A DNA stretch of 25,824 nucleotides from Armatimonadia bacterium (GCA_039683575.1 JBDKRC010000102.1:1-25824); one strand, 5' to 3'; shown: positions 8,812 to 17,881, counted from the stretch's first letter. Notes: generated by a model from the letters alone, not told the origin. Made by a program: numbers and translations.

Positions 8812-9402
8812 ACGTTCACACTCCTCTGCCCGGTAATGGTTCACGCGGTTGCTGCCGCCCCTTCGGGGCTCTAGACGTTCGTGGCCGAGTACCAGGGGCT
8901 TGCGCCCCTTAGCTTCGATAGCCGGCCCCGACTGGTCCTGCCACCATGGACCGGTCCGGGCCCATGGATACTCTTCCGGAGACTTGGCCAATCCTGCTCT
9001 GACCGGATTGAGTAGCATGTACTCCATGCGGGCGCACCAGTCGGTCTCGCTGCGCGTCATGTGGTCGTAGTAGCCATCTTGCCAGAATGGTCCCCGCCGC
9101 CCCAGCAGGCGGTTCGCCCTCAGAGAAGTGTAGGTCTTGAACCTCATCATCACGGCTGGCAAGAGAGCCGAAGGCTCAAGCGCGAAGACGAGGTGGAGAT
9201 GGTCCGGCATGATCACGTACCCGTCCAGCCGCGCCAGACCACGTCCAAGCATCCCATGTATGGCTTCCTTGACCAACTCCAGCACCGGGGAAGATGTGAG
9301 CAGGGGCTCGCGGCCCATGCAGCATGTGGTGATGAAGTAGGTTTCGCCAGCGACTGACAGCCGGTGCTTCCGCAGCCTGTGATAGCCCTTCTCTGGCTTC
9401 AT
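8362..9402 (-). CDS. rayT: REP-associated tyrosine transposase (RAYT, Y1/HUH) fused in frame to a DUF4268 domain
   Basis: aa 1-150: YFITTCC, YVIMPDHLH (HUH), FWQDGYYDH, YMLLNPVRAGL (catalytic Tyr), YPW. aa 198-346 match DUF4268. No stop codon between the two parts. Confidence 0.85.
   Translation of the reverse strand: MKPEKGYHRLRKHRLSVAGETYFITTCCMGREPLLTSSPVLELVKEAIHGMLGRGLARLDGYVIMPDHLHLVFALEPSALLPAVMMRFKTYTSLRANRLLGRRGPFWQDGYYDHMTRSETDWCARMEYMLLNPVRAGLAKSPEEYPWARTGPWWQDQSGPAIEAKGRKPLVLGHERLEPRRGGSNRVNHYRAEECERMTASEQLWLEYWTDFARRAKASDVVSSHKPGAAYWYRSPVGRSGFNLYAAARIHERKIGVALEIRGRNRLECFRQLQARKQSVERELGASLEWRELADRRISRILLHKVDVDVRDRGQWPEQHRWLLEHLSAFHAVFSPLVRHLNADLR
8853..8932. repeat. Palindromic element forming the RAYT-DUF4268 linker
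   Basis: Hairpins GCCCCTTCGGGGC and AGGGGCTTGCGCCCCT, followed by GGCCCCGAC (8924-8932). Confidence 0.65.
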
Positions 9403-9412
9403 CGGGTCCCCC

Positions 9413-9436
9413 GTCGGGGCCAGTGGCCCCTCCCAC
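9413..9436 (-). repeat. GTGG-type REP (type E) immediately upstream of RAYT
   Basis: GTGGGAGGGGCCACTGGCCCCGAC on the minus strand, identical to the copies at 22514 and 22556. Its first G is the last base of the aminotransferase TAG. Confidence 0.9.
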
Positions 9437-10740
9437 TAAATCTCCCCCAACACCGTCTCCAAAGCATCCAGGCTCTGCTCCGCCTGCTCCATCGTGATCA
9501 CCAGCGGCGGCGCAATCCGGATCACCGATCCGTACCACCCAACCCGCCCGCACACTACGCCGTTGGCCACGAGCTTGTCGCAGATATCCCTGCACAGGTC
9601 GCCTGCGGGCTCCTTGCTCTGCTTGTCCTTCACCAGCTCCAGCCCGATTACCAGGCCCTTGCCGCGCGCGTCGCCGCAGACCTCGTACTTGTCCACCATC
9701 TGCTTGAGCCGACCAAGCATGTACCCGCCGACCTTGTTGCAGTTCTCCAGCAGGTTCTCTTCTGCGATGATGTCCAGAACCGCCAGGCCGCTGGCGCAGG
9801 AGACCGGGTTGCCGCCGCTCGTGGACGACATCTCGCCGATGCCCTCGAGCATGTGGCTCTCGAACATCGTCGCCGCGGTCGGAATGCCGCTGCCGATGCC
9901 CTTGCCGACGCACAGCATGTTCGGGCTTAGGCCCTCGTGCTCGATGCAGTACATCTTACCCGTGCGCCCGAAGCTCGCCTGGACCTCGTCCACGATGAAC
10001 AGGATGTCGTTCTCGCGGCACCACTTCTGCACCTGGGTCAGCCAGCCATCGGGCGGGAAGATGAAGCCCGAGCCGCCCTGGTAGGGTTCGAGGATCAGGC
10101 CGGCAATGTCGCCAACCGACGCCGTCGCGACCGTGTGGTCGAGCCAGTCGAGGCACATCATGCCGCAGCTATCGCAGGTCTTGCCGAAGGGGCAGCGGTA
10201 GCAGTACGCGTAGGGGCTGTACAGGCAGCCGGGCATGAGCGGGCCCCACTGCTTCTTGGTGGACTGCTTGCCGGCCATGGACATCGAGCCCCACGTGCGG
10301 CCATGGAAACCGCCCCAGAAGGAGATCATTTCATGGCGTCCGGTGAAGCGCTTGGCCACACGCATGGCGGCCTCAGTGGCCTCCGCGCCGGTGCTGAGCA
10401 GAAAGCAGGTGTCGAGGTTCTTGGCGCTCGCGGGCATCGACTCGACCATCCGCTTGGCAAACTCTGAGCGGATGGAGGTCCGGTAGTCATACGGGCACAT
10501 CAGCTTGGCAACCTGGTCCTGAACCGCCTTAACCTGCTTGGGGTGGCAGTGGCCAATGTTGGTCACAAGCACGCCGGAGGTCCAGTCGAGGTACTCATTG
10601 CCGTCCACATCGCGGACGACACAACCCTCGGCGGACTCCCAGATGATCGGAGACTGCCCGCTGGTGCAGCCCTTCTCATACTCGGCGGACATGGCGAGAT
10701 ATTCGGCCGATTTCGGGCCGGGGATCTGGTATTTGGACAT
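9436..10740 (-). CDS. Class III PLP-dependent aminotransferase (GabT/ArgD-like)
   Basis: DVDGNEYLD, GAEATEAA, FHGRT, EPYQG, DEVQASFGRTG, GKGIGSG. Start moved to ATG 10740, which has an AAGGAG RBS. Confidence 0.93.
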   Translation of the reverse strand: MSKYQIPGPKSAEYLAMSAEYEKGCTSGQSPIIWESAEGCVVRDVDGNEYLDWTSGVLVTNIGHCHPKQVKAVQDQVAKLMCPYDYRTSIRSEFAKRMVESMPASAKNLDTCFLLSTGAEATEAAMRVAKRFTGRHEMISFWGGFHGRTWGSMSMAGKQSTKKQWGPLMPGCLYSPYAYCYRCPFGKTCDSCGMMCLDWLDHTVATASVGDIAGLILEPYQGGSGFIFPPDGWLTQVQKWCRENDILFIVDEVQASFGRTGKMYCIEHEGLSPNMLCVGKGIGSGIPTAATMFESHMLEGIGEMSSTSGGNPVSCASGLAVLDIIAEENLLENCNKVGGYMLGRLKQMVDKYEVCGDARGKGLVIGLELVKDKQSKEPAGDLCRDICDKLVANGVVCGRVGWYGSVIRIAPPLVITMEQAEQSLDALETVLGEI

Positions 10741-10778
10741 AATGAGGCTCCTTTGTGAGGCAATAGACAAGAGAGGCC

Positions 10779-10807
10779 AGTGTAAATCGGAGCGAGAGGG
10801 ATGTCAA
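10779..10807 (-). promoter_or_regulatory. Sigma70-type promoter for the aminotransferase operon
   Basis: TTGACA-17 nt-TACACT on the minus strand. Confidence 0.75.
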
Positions 10808-10905
10808 CGGGAGGCGCTTCACCCGGAGGGGCCGAAGGCCGGCAGCCTCACAGTCGGCATCCGGCCCAAGCCGTCATCTGCGACCTCCGCTGTAGTGCTA
10901 GCGCT

Positions 10906-11055
10906 GTAGGGCGGGGGCTCGTACCCCGCCGGCCGTTGTCTACGACCAACCACCGCATAATGCGGGCGTCGCGCCCGCCCCTGCCCACATCCGCGTAGGC
11001 CGGTTCGTCCCGAACCGGCACCGGGCCACCCTATTAATGCGGGCGTCTCGCCCCC
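10906..11055 (+). repeat. REP cluster (types F, B, A, B)
   Basis: GTAGGGCGGGGGCTCGTACCCCGCC (10906), ATAATGCGGGCGTCGCGCCCGC (10957), GTAGGCCGGTTCGTCCCGAACCGGC plus a linker nearly identical to that at 5852 (10995), then a decayed type B copy. Confidence 0.85.
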
Positions 11056-11146
11056 CTCCGCCACTTTCGGATTGGCCAAAATCCCCATAATTGTCTATAC
11101 TTCCCTCCATGTTCCCCTTCGAGCCTCGCCAGATTGCCTTCTGACT

Positions 11147-12649
11147 ATGAATGAACCCGTCATCAGCCACGCCAAAGCGCCAGATACAGAGAACCTGGGT
11201 AGTCGTACCCGTAGCGCCATGGTCTGGAAACTCCTGTCGCAGGGCTCCACGACTGCGCTGCAGGTCATCACCGGGATCCTGCTGGCCCGCTTGCTCATGC
11301 CCAAGGACTTCGGCGTGGTCAGCATGGCGACCATGGTCACCGGCCTGGCGTCGGTCTTCCGCGATCTCGGGCTGGGGCAGGCCCTGATCCAGCGGCGCGA
11401 AGTCGAGGAAACCCACCTCGCCTCGGCTCACTGGGGCACGATGGCCATGGGGGCGCTCCTGACCGCCATCACCTTCGCCCTCGCCCCCCTGGCCGGGGTG
11501 TTTTTTCACGAGCCGCGCATGGTGCCGGTTCTGCAGGCGATTTCCTTCACCTTCATCATCACCCCCTTCAGCACCATCCCCACGGCCATGCTGCAGCGCA
11601 AGCTCGACTTCAAGCTGCAGTTCTACGCGGCAGTCAGTGGCAGCCTGGTGTATGGCGCCGTGGGCATCCCGATGGCCCTGAGCGGCTACAGCCACTGGAG
11701 CCTGGTGTACGCCCTGCTCGGCTCCACCCTGGCCACGACGGTCACGACCTGCCTGCTGACCCGCCACCTGCCGCCGCTCGTCCCCTGCTTCCGAGGCATC
11801 AAGGACCTCTGGAGCTTCGGCATGGGCGTCACGCTCTCGGGGGTATTTGGCTACATCGCCGCGCAGATAGACTACTTCGTGGTCGGGCGCCGGATGGATA
11901 GCACCGCGCTGGGGCTGTACACGAAGGCCTTCCAGCTAACGGAGACGCCCACCAATGCCTTCGGGCGGGTCCTCACGCCCGTCTTGTTCCCGTCGCTCGC
12001 GGCCCTGCGCGACGACCCCCCGCGGCTTCGCGAGACCTATGGGCGGATCCTGGGGCTGGTGAGCTTCGTCGGCTTCCCGGGCATGGTCGTGCTGGCCATC
12101 GTGGCGCCCGAGGCGGTGCCCGTGGTGCTGGGCCCCCGCTGGAACGGCATTATCGTGCCGCTGCAGATCATGACCGTCGTGGGGCTGCTCAAGCTCCTGG
12201 GCCCGGCGGCCGGGGCGATCATCAGGGCGACCGGGCATGTGTATCGGGAGATGGCGCAGCAGATGGTGCGCGGGGCGCTCCTCGGTGTGGGCGCCTGGCT
12301 GGTCGTGCCGTGGGGCATCCAGGCCGTCTCCTGGGTCTTGGTGGTCACTACGACCATCTCATACGCCCTCAGCGCCTGGATCGTGTACTCCGTCACCGGC
12401 TTTGGGTTCAGGGCGTGGTTGCGGGCACTGGCCGCCTCGTTTCTGGGCGGCGGCGTGGTCGGCGCGGCTACGGTGGCGGCCCGCTACCTGACGCTCCTGC
12501 ATACCGACAACCAGACAATCATCCTCGTCGTCTCGCTGGCGGCGGCGCTGGCGGCGATGGCGGCGGTCGTCTTTGGCTCGCAGCTTCAGACGGCGCGAGA
12601 GGCCAGAAGCGAGCTGCGCGGCCTGCGCGACCGCGTACTCGGCAAGTAG
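11147..12649 (+). CDS. Polysaccharide flippase (Wzx/PST family, WzxC-like)
   Basis: LARLLMPKDFG, DLGLGQALIQ, D.FVVGR...ALGLY..A, many TM helices. Start set at ATG 11147. Confidence 0.9.
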   Translation: MNEPVISHAKAPDTENLGSRTRSAMVWKLLSQGSTTALQVITGILLARLLMPKDFGVVSMATMVTGLASVFRDLGLGQALIQRREVEETHLASAHWGTMAMGALLTAITFALAPLAGVFFHEPRMVPVLQAISFTFIITPFSTIPTAMLQRKLDFKLQFYAAVSGSLVYGAVGIPMALSGYSHWSLVYALLGSTLATTVTTCLLTRHLPPLVPCFRGIKDLWSFGMGVTLSGVFGYIAAQIDYFVVGRRMDSTALGLYTKAFQLTETPTNAFGRVLTPVLFPSLAALRDDPPRLRETYGRILGLVSFVGFPGMVVLAIVAPEAVPVVLGPRWNGIIVPLQIMTVVGLLKLLGPAAGAIIRATGHVYREMAQQMVRGALLGVGAWLVVPWGIQAVSWVLVVTTTISYALSAWIVYSVTGFGFRAWLRALAASFLGGGVVGAATVAARYLTLLHTDNQTIILVVSLAAALAAMAAVVFGSQLQTAREARSELRGLRDRVLGK

Positions 12650-12682
12650 GGCCCCTGAGGGCAAGAAGGAGTTGAGCAGGCG

Positions 12683-13933
12683 GTGCCTGACAGCGGCGCG
12701 ATCAAGCGGATACTGATCACCGACTACTACAGCCCGGCCAACCGGGGCGACGCCGCCATTCTGGAGGGGATGCTGCACGCCTTGCGGGGCGTCTTCCCCG
12801 AGGCCTCCTTCGTCGTCCATTCCTCCGACCCCGAGTTGGTGCCGCTGATGCATGGCCAGGACCTGGAGGCGGGGCGCGACCTGTCCGACTGGCTGCGCCG
12901 CACCGGCGCGCCGCTGCGCGAGGCCGGCGTCCGGGCCTGGGTGCGCGCCCGCCGCCTTGGGCGTGACTTGCGACTGCCGGGCGAGGGCATCAACCAGACC
13001 CTGCGCCACTACGCCGAGGCCGACCTGCTCGTCTCCAAGGGCGGCGGCTTCCTTCATGACTACTACGTCGACGTCAAGGCGCGGCTGCTGTCGTTTGAGC
13101 TGGCCCAGACGCTGGGCACGCCCGTGTGCCTGTATGCCCAGAGCCTCGGGCCCTTTGAACAGCCCGCGCTGCGACGGCTGGCCCGGCGCGTACTCGGGCG
13201 CGCCAGGCTCATCACCGTTCGCGACAACGCCTCGCTGGAGATCGTGCGCGGCCTGCGCCTGAACGGGCCGGTGATCGAGCGCACCGCCGACGCCGCCTTC
13301 GCCATGCCCGACCGCCGTCCCGACCTGCCGTCCCTGCCGCGCTGGGAGGTCCCGCCCGCCACGCAGGCGAGCAAGACGATGCTCACCATGTCCATCCGCC
13401 GCCTCTCCAAGGGGCGGCACGGCGAGCGCTGTGCCGAGGCCTTCGTCGCCCTCGCCAACTGGGCGGCGACCCTACCGGGGCTGGAGCCGACCTTCCTCTC
13501 CACCTGCACGGGCCTGGGCAGCTATACCATGGACGACCGGATCACGGCGACGGCGGTGGCGCGGCGCTGCGAGGCCTCGCCGAAGGTCGTGTGGGCCGAC
13601 TACAACCCCTACGAGCTCGTCGGGATGCTTCGGGAGCACTCCGCGCTGCATGTGGGTATGAGGATGCACTCGGATGTGCTGGCGCTGCTGGCAGGCGTCC
13701 CCGTGGTCGCCGTGGCCTATGAGCCGAAGATCCATGGCCTGTTCGAGGCCTTCGGGCTGCAGGAATACGTGCTCGAAGTTGCCGACCTCACCGCCGACAA
13801 CCTCCTCGAGAAGGCGCAACTGGCCTATGACAACCGGGAGGCGATTGCGCGGCAGATCGCCGAGCGGCTGCCGGAGGCGCGGGCCGGGGCGCTGCGCAAT
13901 GCCGAGGTCCTGCGGGCCGTGATGGACCAATGA
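12683..13933 (+). CDS. Polysaccharide pyruvyl transferase family protein (WcaK-like)
   Basis: NRGDAAIL, GGGF..DYY, AQSLGPF, TVRD..S, AD.AF, GMRMHS, YEPK. Confidence 0.9.
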   Translation: MPDSGAIKRILITDYYSPANRGDAAILEGMLHALRGVFPEASFVVHSSDPELVPLMHGQDLEAGRDLSDWLRRTGAPLREAGVRAWVRARRLGRDLRLPGEGINQTLRHYAEADLLVSKGGGFLHDYYVDVKARLLSFELAQTLGTPVCLYAQSLGPFEQPALRRLARRVLGRARLITVRDNASLEIVRGLRLNGPVIERTADAAFAMPDRRPDLPSLPRWEVPPATQASKTMLTMSIRRLSKGRHGERCAEAFVALANWAATLPGLEPTFLSTCTGLGSYTMDDRITATAVARRCEASPKVVWADYNPYELVGMLREHSALHVGMRMHSDVLALLAGVPVVAVAYEPKIHGLFEAFGLQEYVLEVADLTADNLLEKAQLAYDNREAIARQIAERLPEARAGALRNAEVLRAVMDQ

Positions 13934-15147
13934 ACATCGCAGTCGTCGCCCCCGTCTTCCCCGCGCTCTCCGAGACCTTCGTCCTCAGCCAGATCACCGG
14001 CCTGATCGACCTCGGCCACGACGTGCGGGTCATCAGCCTGAGCCGCCCTCCGGCGGGCGACCCGGTGCATCCGACGGTCAAGGACTACGGCCTGCTCGCC
14101 AAGACCACCTACCTCGACCTGCCGCGCGGGCGAGTAGCGGGCATGGCTGACTGGCTCCTCAGCATGGCGCGGCTTGTGGCGCGCTACGGCAAGCGAGGCT
14201 GGCGGGCAGTGGCCATCACGCGCGCGGCGCATGGCCTGCCTCGCCCCCGCGACGCCGCCTTCGCCGACCGCATGGCCCCCGCGCTGCAGGGCTGTGACGT
14301 GGTCTACTGCCACTTCGGCGACGTCGCGCGGCGAGCCCTGCCCGGAGCCCTCATCGTCGGCGCGCCGCTGGCGGTCATGTTCCATGGCGCGGACCTGCGC
14401 CGGGCCCAGCGGCAAGGACCGGACGCCTTCGGGGCCCTGCCGCGCCTCGGAGGGCTCTTCCTGGCCATCAGCGACTACTCGGTCCGCCTGCTGCGCGAGC
14501 TCGGCTTCCCGCCCGAGAAGATACGCCTGCACCATGTTGGCATAGACACGGCGCGGTTCGCGGCCCAGCCGAGGGTCCCCGGTGAAGACGGGACCCTCCG
14601 CCTCCTCACCGTCGGGAGGCTGGCGGCGGTGAAGGGCTATGAATACGGCCTGCGGGCCGTTGCGCGGCTCGTAGACCAGCCAGACGCACCCACGGTGCAG
14701 TACACTATCATTGGAGATGGCCCGCTGGCGGACGACCTGCAGGCCCTCGTGCGCGAGCTGGGTGTCGAGAAAGAGGTAGTATTTCGCGGGGGATGCGCCG
14801 CCGATCGCGTCTTGGCCGAACTGGCCGCGGCGGACCTGTTCATGCTGCCCAGCGTGGCCGAGGTGACGCCCGTGGTACTCATGGAGGCCCAGGCCGCCGG
14901 GCTGCCGGTGGTGGCCACTGACGTGGGCGCCGTGCGCGAGGTCGTCCGCGACGGCCGGAGCGGGCTCATAGTGCCCGCAGGCGACGCTGAGGCCCTCTAC
15001 GGGGCGCTGGCGGCCCTACTGAGCAAGCAAGACGCGTGGCCACAGATGGGCGCTGCGGGCCGCGAGTGGGTCGCGCAGCAGTACGACGCGCCCACCCTCA
15101 ACCGCCGCCTGTCGGAACTGCTCGAGGAGCTAGCGAGGCCCGTATAG
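13930..15147 (+). CDS. GT4 glycosyltransferase (WcaL-like)
   Basis: FPALSETFVLSQITGLID.GHDV, CHFG, FHGAD, VGRL..VKG, E..PVVLMEAQAAGLPVV; ATGA coupling to the upstream gene. Confidence 0.92.
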   Translation: MNIAVVAPVFPALSETFVLSQITGLIDLGHDVRVISLSRPPAGDPVHPTVKDYGLLAKTTYLDLPRGRVAGMADWLLSMARLVARYGKRGWRAVAITRAAHGLPRPRDAAFADRMAPALQGCDVVYCHFGDVARRALPGALIVGAPLAVMFHGADLRRAQRQGPDAFGALPRLGGLFLAISDYSVRLLRELGFPPEKIRLHHVGIDTARFAAQPRVPGEDGTLRLLTVGRLAAVKGYEYGLRAVARLVDQPDAPTVQYTIIGDGPLADDLQALVRELGVEKEVVFRGGCAADRVLAELAAADLFMLPSVAEVTPVVLMEAQAAGLPVVATDVGAVREVVRDGRSGLIVPAGDAEALYGALAALLSKQDAWPQMGAAGREWVAQQYDAPTLNRRLSELLEELARPV

Positions 15148-15164
15148 CTTCCGCTTCAGCCCCT

Positions 15165-16796
15165 TCACGGCACCGTCACTGCCTCCAAATACTCCCGCCA
15201 GTTCGTCCCCACGCCCCACGCCGGCGGCGCGCCCCGGCCCAGCTTCCCCGTCCGCAGACTCTCCGCCTGGCTGATCAGCCGCAGCGTGTGGCTGTCTGCA
15301 TCATACTCCGCCGTCGCCTGCCCCACGTGCAGCGCCACCCACAGCGGGATCATCAGGTTGTTGCGATACAGTACCGGCGGCGTCGCGAGCTTCTCCGGCA
15401 CCTGGCCCGGCCGCTCCACGGTGCCACTGTTCAGCCGCACCGTCAGTTCCCCGCCCGGCCCCTTCATGGTCAGCTTCTGCTCGCGCTGGCTGAAGGTCCA
15501 CTGCACGCCGAGCGCGTGCAGCAGTGGCTTGATGGGGATGGACAGTTGCCCTCCCACCTCCGCGGGCGTTTCCTGCAGCGCGGCGACCTCGCCATCCACC
15601 AGCACCGTCAGCCCCGCCACCAACGGCGTTACCTCAAACCGCTGCCCCTCGGCGATGACCGCCCCGCCCTCCGGCAGCGGGTGCAGGCCCAGCAGCTCCG
15701 ACACCGTCACCAGCTTGTACCCCCGCGCCTGCAAAGCCGGCACCGCCCGCGCAACCGCCTCAATCGTCCCCGACCGCGATCCTCCCCCGTCGTGGCACAG
15801 GATGATCGCGCCATTGCGCGCCCCTCGCATGATCCGCGAATAGATCACATTCGCCCCCGGCCGCCGCCAGTCGTTAGTGTCGGCCGACCAGAGCACAATC
15901 CGCAGCCCCGTCCCCCGAATTGCCGCCGAGGTCCGCGAGGACAGCGCCCCATACGGCGGGCGCATGATCCGCACCGACTGGTCTGTGATCTTCTCAAGCT
16001 CCCGCTGACACCGTGCCATGTCGGAGATGACCGTTCCCGGTGCCTGCCGCGCCAGATTCGCGTGGCCCCAGCTATGTATCCCGATCTCGCAGTCATCCGC
16101 CACGATCTGCCGCGCCACGTCCGGGTGCGCCCGCGCCAGCTTGCCCAGCACAAAGAACGTCGCCCGCGCCCGGTGCTTGCGCAGCGTCGCCAGGATCTTC
16201 AGCGTCTGTCCCGGCCACGGCCCGTCGTCAAACGTCAGCGCCACCAGCTTCTCATGCTTCGCGGGCGCCACTGCCCGCACCGTCGGTATCACATAACTCC
16301 GCTCAACCGCCGTCAGCCCCGAGACCAGCCCCACCCGCGTCCGCATTACCCCCGCCACCGCCGGCTCCGCGAACCCCGGCTGCGTCATCTGCGAAGGCGA
16401 CAGCAACTGCGCCCGCTCGCGACATGGCTCCCTCCGGTCATAGCCCGGAATGACGCTCAGCGTGTCCCCCGGCCGCAAGCGGCTCTCCAGGGGCACAGGC
16501 TGGCCGTCGCGCAGGCACAAAGTCGCCGCCCCGGCCCCGGCCCGCAGCACCCGGCCCGCGACATCGACCTGATCCCCCGTCTCAGGGGAAAAGCCCGCCT
16601 GCCGCAGCGCCTCGGCCACGGTAACGCCGCGCGGGAAGGCAATCCTCGCGCCGTCAATGCGTGCCCGCACCGGCTGTAGCACCAGCGCGACAGTCAGGAT
16701 GAGGATGATCAACGAGCAGAGGAAGATCGCGGGGCGTGCCTGGGGAAGGGCCAGTGCGCGGGCAACGGCCGGGGATTGCTCCATGGCGGCGGGCAT
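15165..16796 (-). CDS. Membrane-anchored polysaccharide deacetylase (NodB/CE4) with a C-terminal copper amine oxidase-N-like domain
   Basis: TFDDGP, HSWGH, RPPYG, DTNDW and LCHDG motifs; N-terminal TM helix. Start uncertain (16829/16796/16784). Confidence 0.88.
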   Translation of the reverse strand: MPAAMEQSPAVARALALPQARPAIFLCSLIILILTVALVLQPVRARIDGARIAFPRGVTVAEALRQAGFSPETGDQVDVAGRVLRAGAGAATLCLRDGQPVPLESRLRPGDTLSVIPGYDRREPCRERAQLLSPSQMTQPGFAEPAVAGVMRTRVGLVSGLTAVERSYVIPTVRAVAPAKHEKLVALTFDDGPWPGQTLKILATLRKHRARATFFVLGKLARAHPDVARQIVADDCEIGIHSWGHANLARQAPGTVISDMARCQRELEKITDQSVRIMRPPYGALSSRTSAAIRGTGLRIVLWSADTNDWRRPGANVIYSRIMRGARNGAIILCHDGGGSRSGTIEAVARAVPALQARGYKLVTVSELLGLHPLPEGGAVIAEGQRFEVTPLVAGLTVLVDGEVAALQETPAEVGGQLSIPIKPLLHALGVQWTFSQREQKLTMKGPGGELTVRLNSGTVERPGQVPEKLATPPVLYRNNLMIPLWVALHVGQATAEYDADSHTLRLISQAESLRTGKLGRGAPPAWGVGTNWREYLEAVTVP

Positions 16797-16832
16797 GTGG
16801 CTGCGATGATATTCTGCCTTGCTGCCCATACG

Positions 16833-16866
16833 AAAAGCGCCCTGATCATGAATTGACCGGGGCGCT
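16833..16866 (-). terminator. Probable intrinsic terminator
   Basis: Stem AGCGCCCCGGTCA/TGATCAGGGCGCT followed by TTT on the minus strand, downstream of 16987-17799. Confidence 0.55.
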
Positions 16867-16945
16867 CCAGTACGTTAGCCTGCCCAGATGCGGGGCCCGG
16901 CAGGGAAAGACCAATTGTACCTATCCGCTCTTAGCCGTGAGCCGT

Positions 16946-16987
16946 AACTGACAACTGATAGCTGGTAACTGACAACTGATAACTGAC
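16946..16987. repeat. Heptamer tandem repeat (AACTGAY-like) x6
   Basis: aactgac aactgat agctggt aactgac aactgat aactgac, abutting the stop codon. Confidence 0.85.
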
Positions 16988-17799
16988 TACTTCGTAGAAA
17001 CGTAGGCCCGGTGCTGGATCCGGTTCCAGTGCGTCTTCTCGACCCCCAGCAGCGCCAGCATCGGCCGGATGGGCACGTACGTGCGTCCGTCGATCCGCCG
17101 CGCCGCCTGCCCGAGGCTCCGCTTCTGGCCATTCACATACACCCGAGCGCTGCCCGGGATCACCCGGATGGTGATGCCGTTGCGCTCCACGCGGATGTAC
17201 TGCTCGCTTGGCCCCCAGATGATGGTGCCACCGGTGTGGCGCACCAGGTCCGTCAGCGTGATGTTCAGGCGTCCGCCGCTCATCCACGCATGCTTCTCCA
17301 GGTCCGCCTCGCGATTGTCGAAGAATACCGCCTCGTGCAAAAGCACCTTGCGGCGCAGCTTCACCAGGCCGGCATTCTCGCCCCCGTCTCCCTGCTTGAG
17401 CAGCGGGTTCAGCAACGCATCGTTCACTACGTGCAGGGGCAACTGCCCGGTACTCAGCGCCAGCTTGGTGCCGTCGAGCACGTCCACGCGCACGGCGTGC
17501 AGGCCGTCGCCAAGCTCCCTCGTGTTAACCGTCAGTTCCGGCCGTGGCCGCGCGCTGACGAGCTTGACGGTGTCGTCAACATAGAACGTGCAGGTTAGCC
17601 CGCCCTTGACCGGCTCTACCGGAGTAAGCGACACTGAGCCTTTGACCACTGCACCCGCCCCGGAGTTGCGCAGCATCGAATCCGCGGTCAACTGCAGAGC
17701 CAGCCCCGTTTCACCCGCCAAAGTCAGACTATCGGCCCAGAGGGCGCTGCTTCCGCAAACGGCGACGACGATCAACAACAGCATGGTGTTGCGCCGCAT
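16987..17799 (-). CDS. Secreted protein with an Ig-like region and a copper amine oxidase N-terminal (stalk) domain
   Basis: Signal peptide MRRNTMLLLIVVAVCGSSALWA; FYVD...DGLHAVRV; C-terminal YVNGQ...IDGRTYVPIR. Confidence 0.8.
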   Translation of the reverse strand: MRRNTMLLLIVVAVCGSSALWADSLTLAGETGLALQLTADSMLRNSGAGAVVKGSVSLTPVEPVKGGLTCTFYVDDTVKLVSARPRPELTVNTRELGDGLHAVRVDVLDGTKLALSTGQLPLHVVNDALLNPLLKQGDGGENAGLVKLRRKVLLHEAVFFDNREADLEKHAWMSGGRLNITLTDLVRHTGGTIIWGPSEQYIRVERNGITIRVIPGSARVYVNGQKRSLGQAARRIDGRTYVPIRPMLALLGVEKTHWNRIQHRAYVSTK

Positions 17800-17852
17800 G
17801 TTATCTCTCTCTCCCTCTTCTGGCATGCAAAGCACGACAGGCCGCCGTCTGC

Positions 17853-17881
17853 ATACTATCATAACCACACTGACAGGTCAA
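17853..17881 (-). promoter_or_regulatory. Sigma70-type promoter
   Basis: TTGACC-17 nt-TAGTAT with TG at the extended -10. Confidence 0.6.

Noticed and set aside
8950-9402. IS200/IS605 insertion sequence with tnpB
   Set aside because: No TnpB/RuvC gene. The motifs (WQxxYYDH, NPVRAGL) and the flanking REP fit RAYT.
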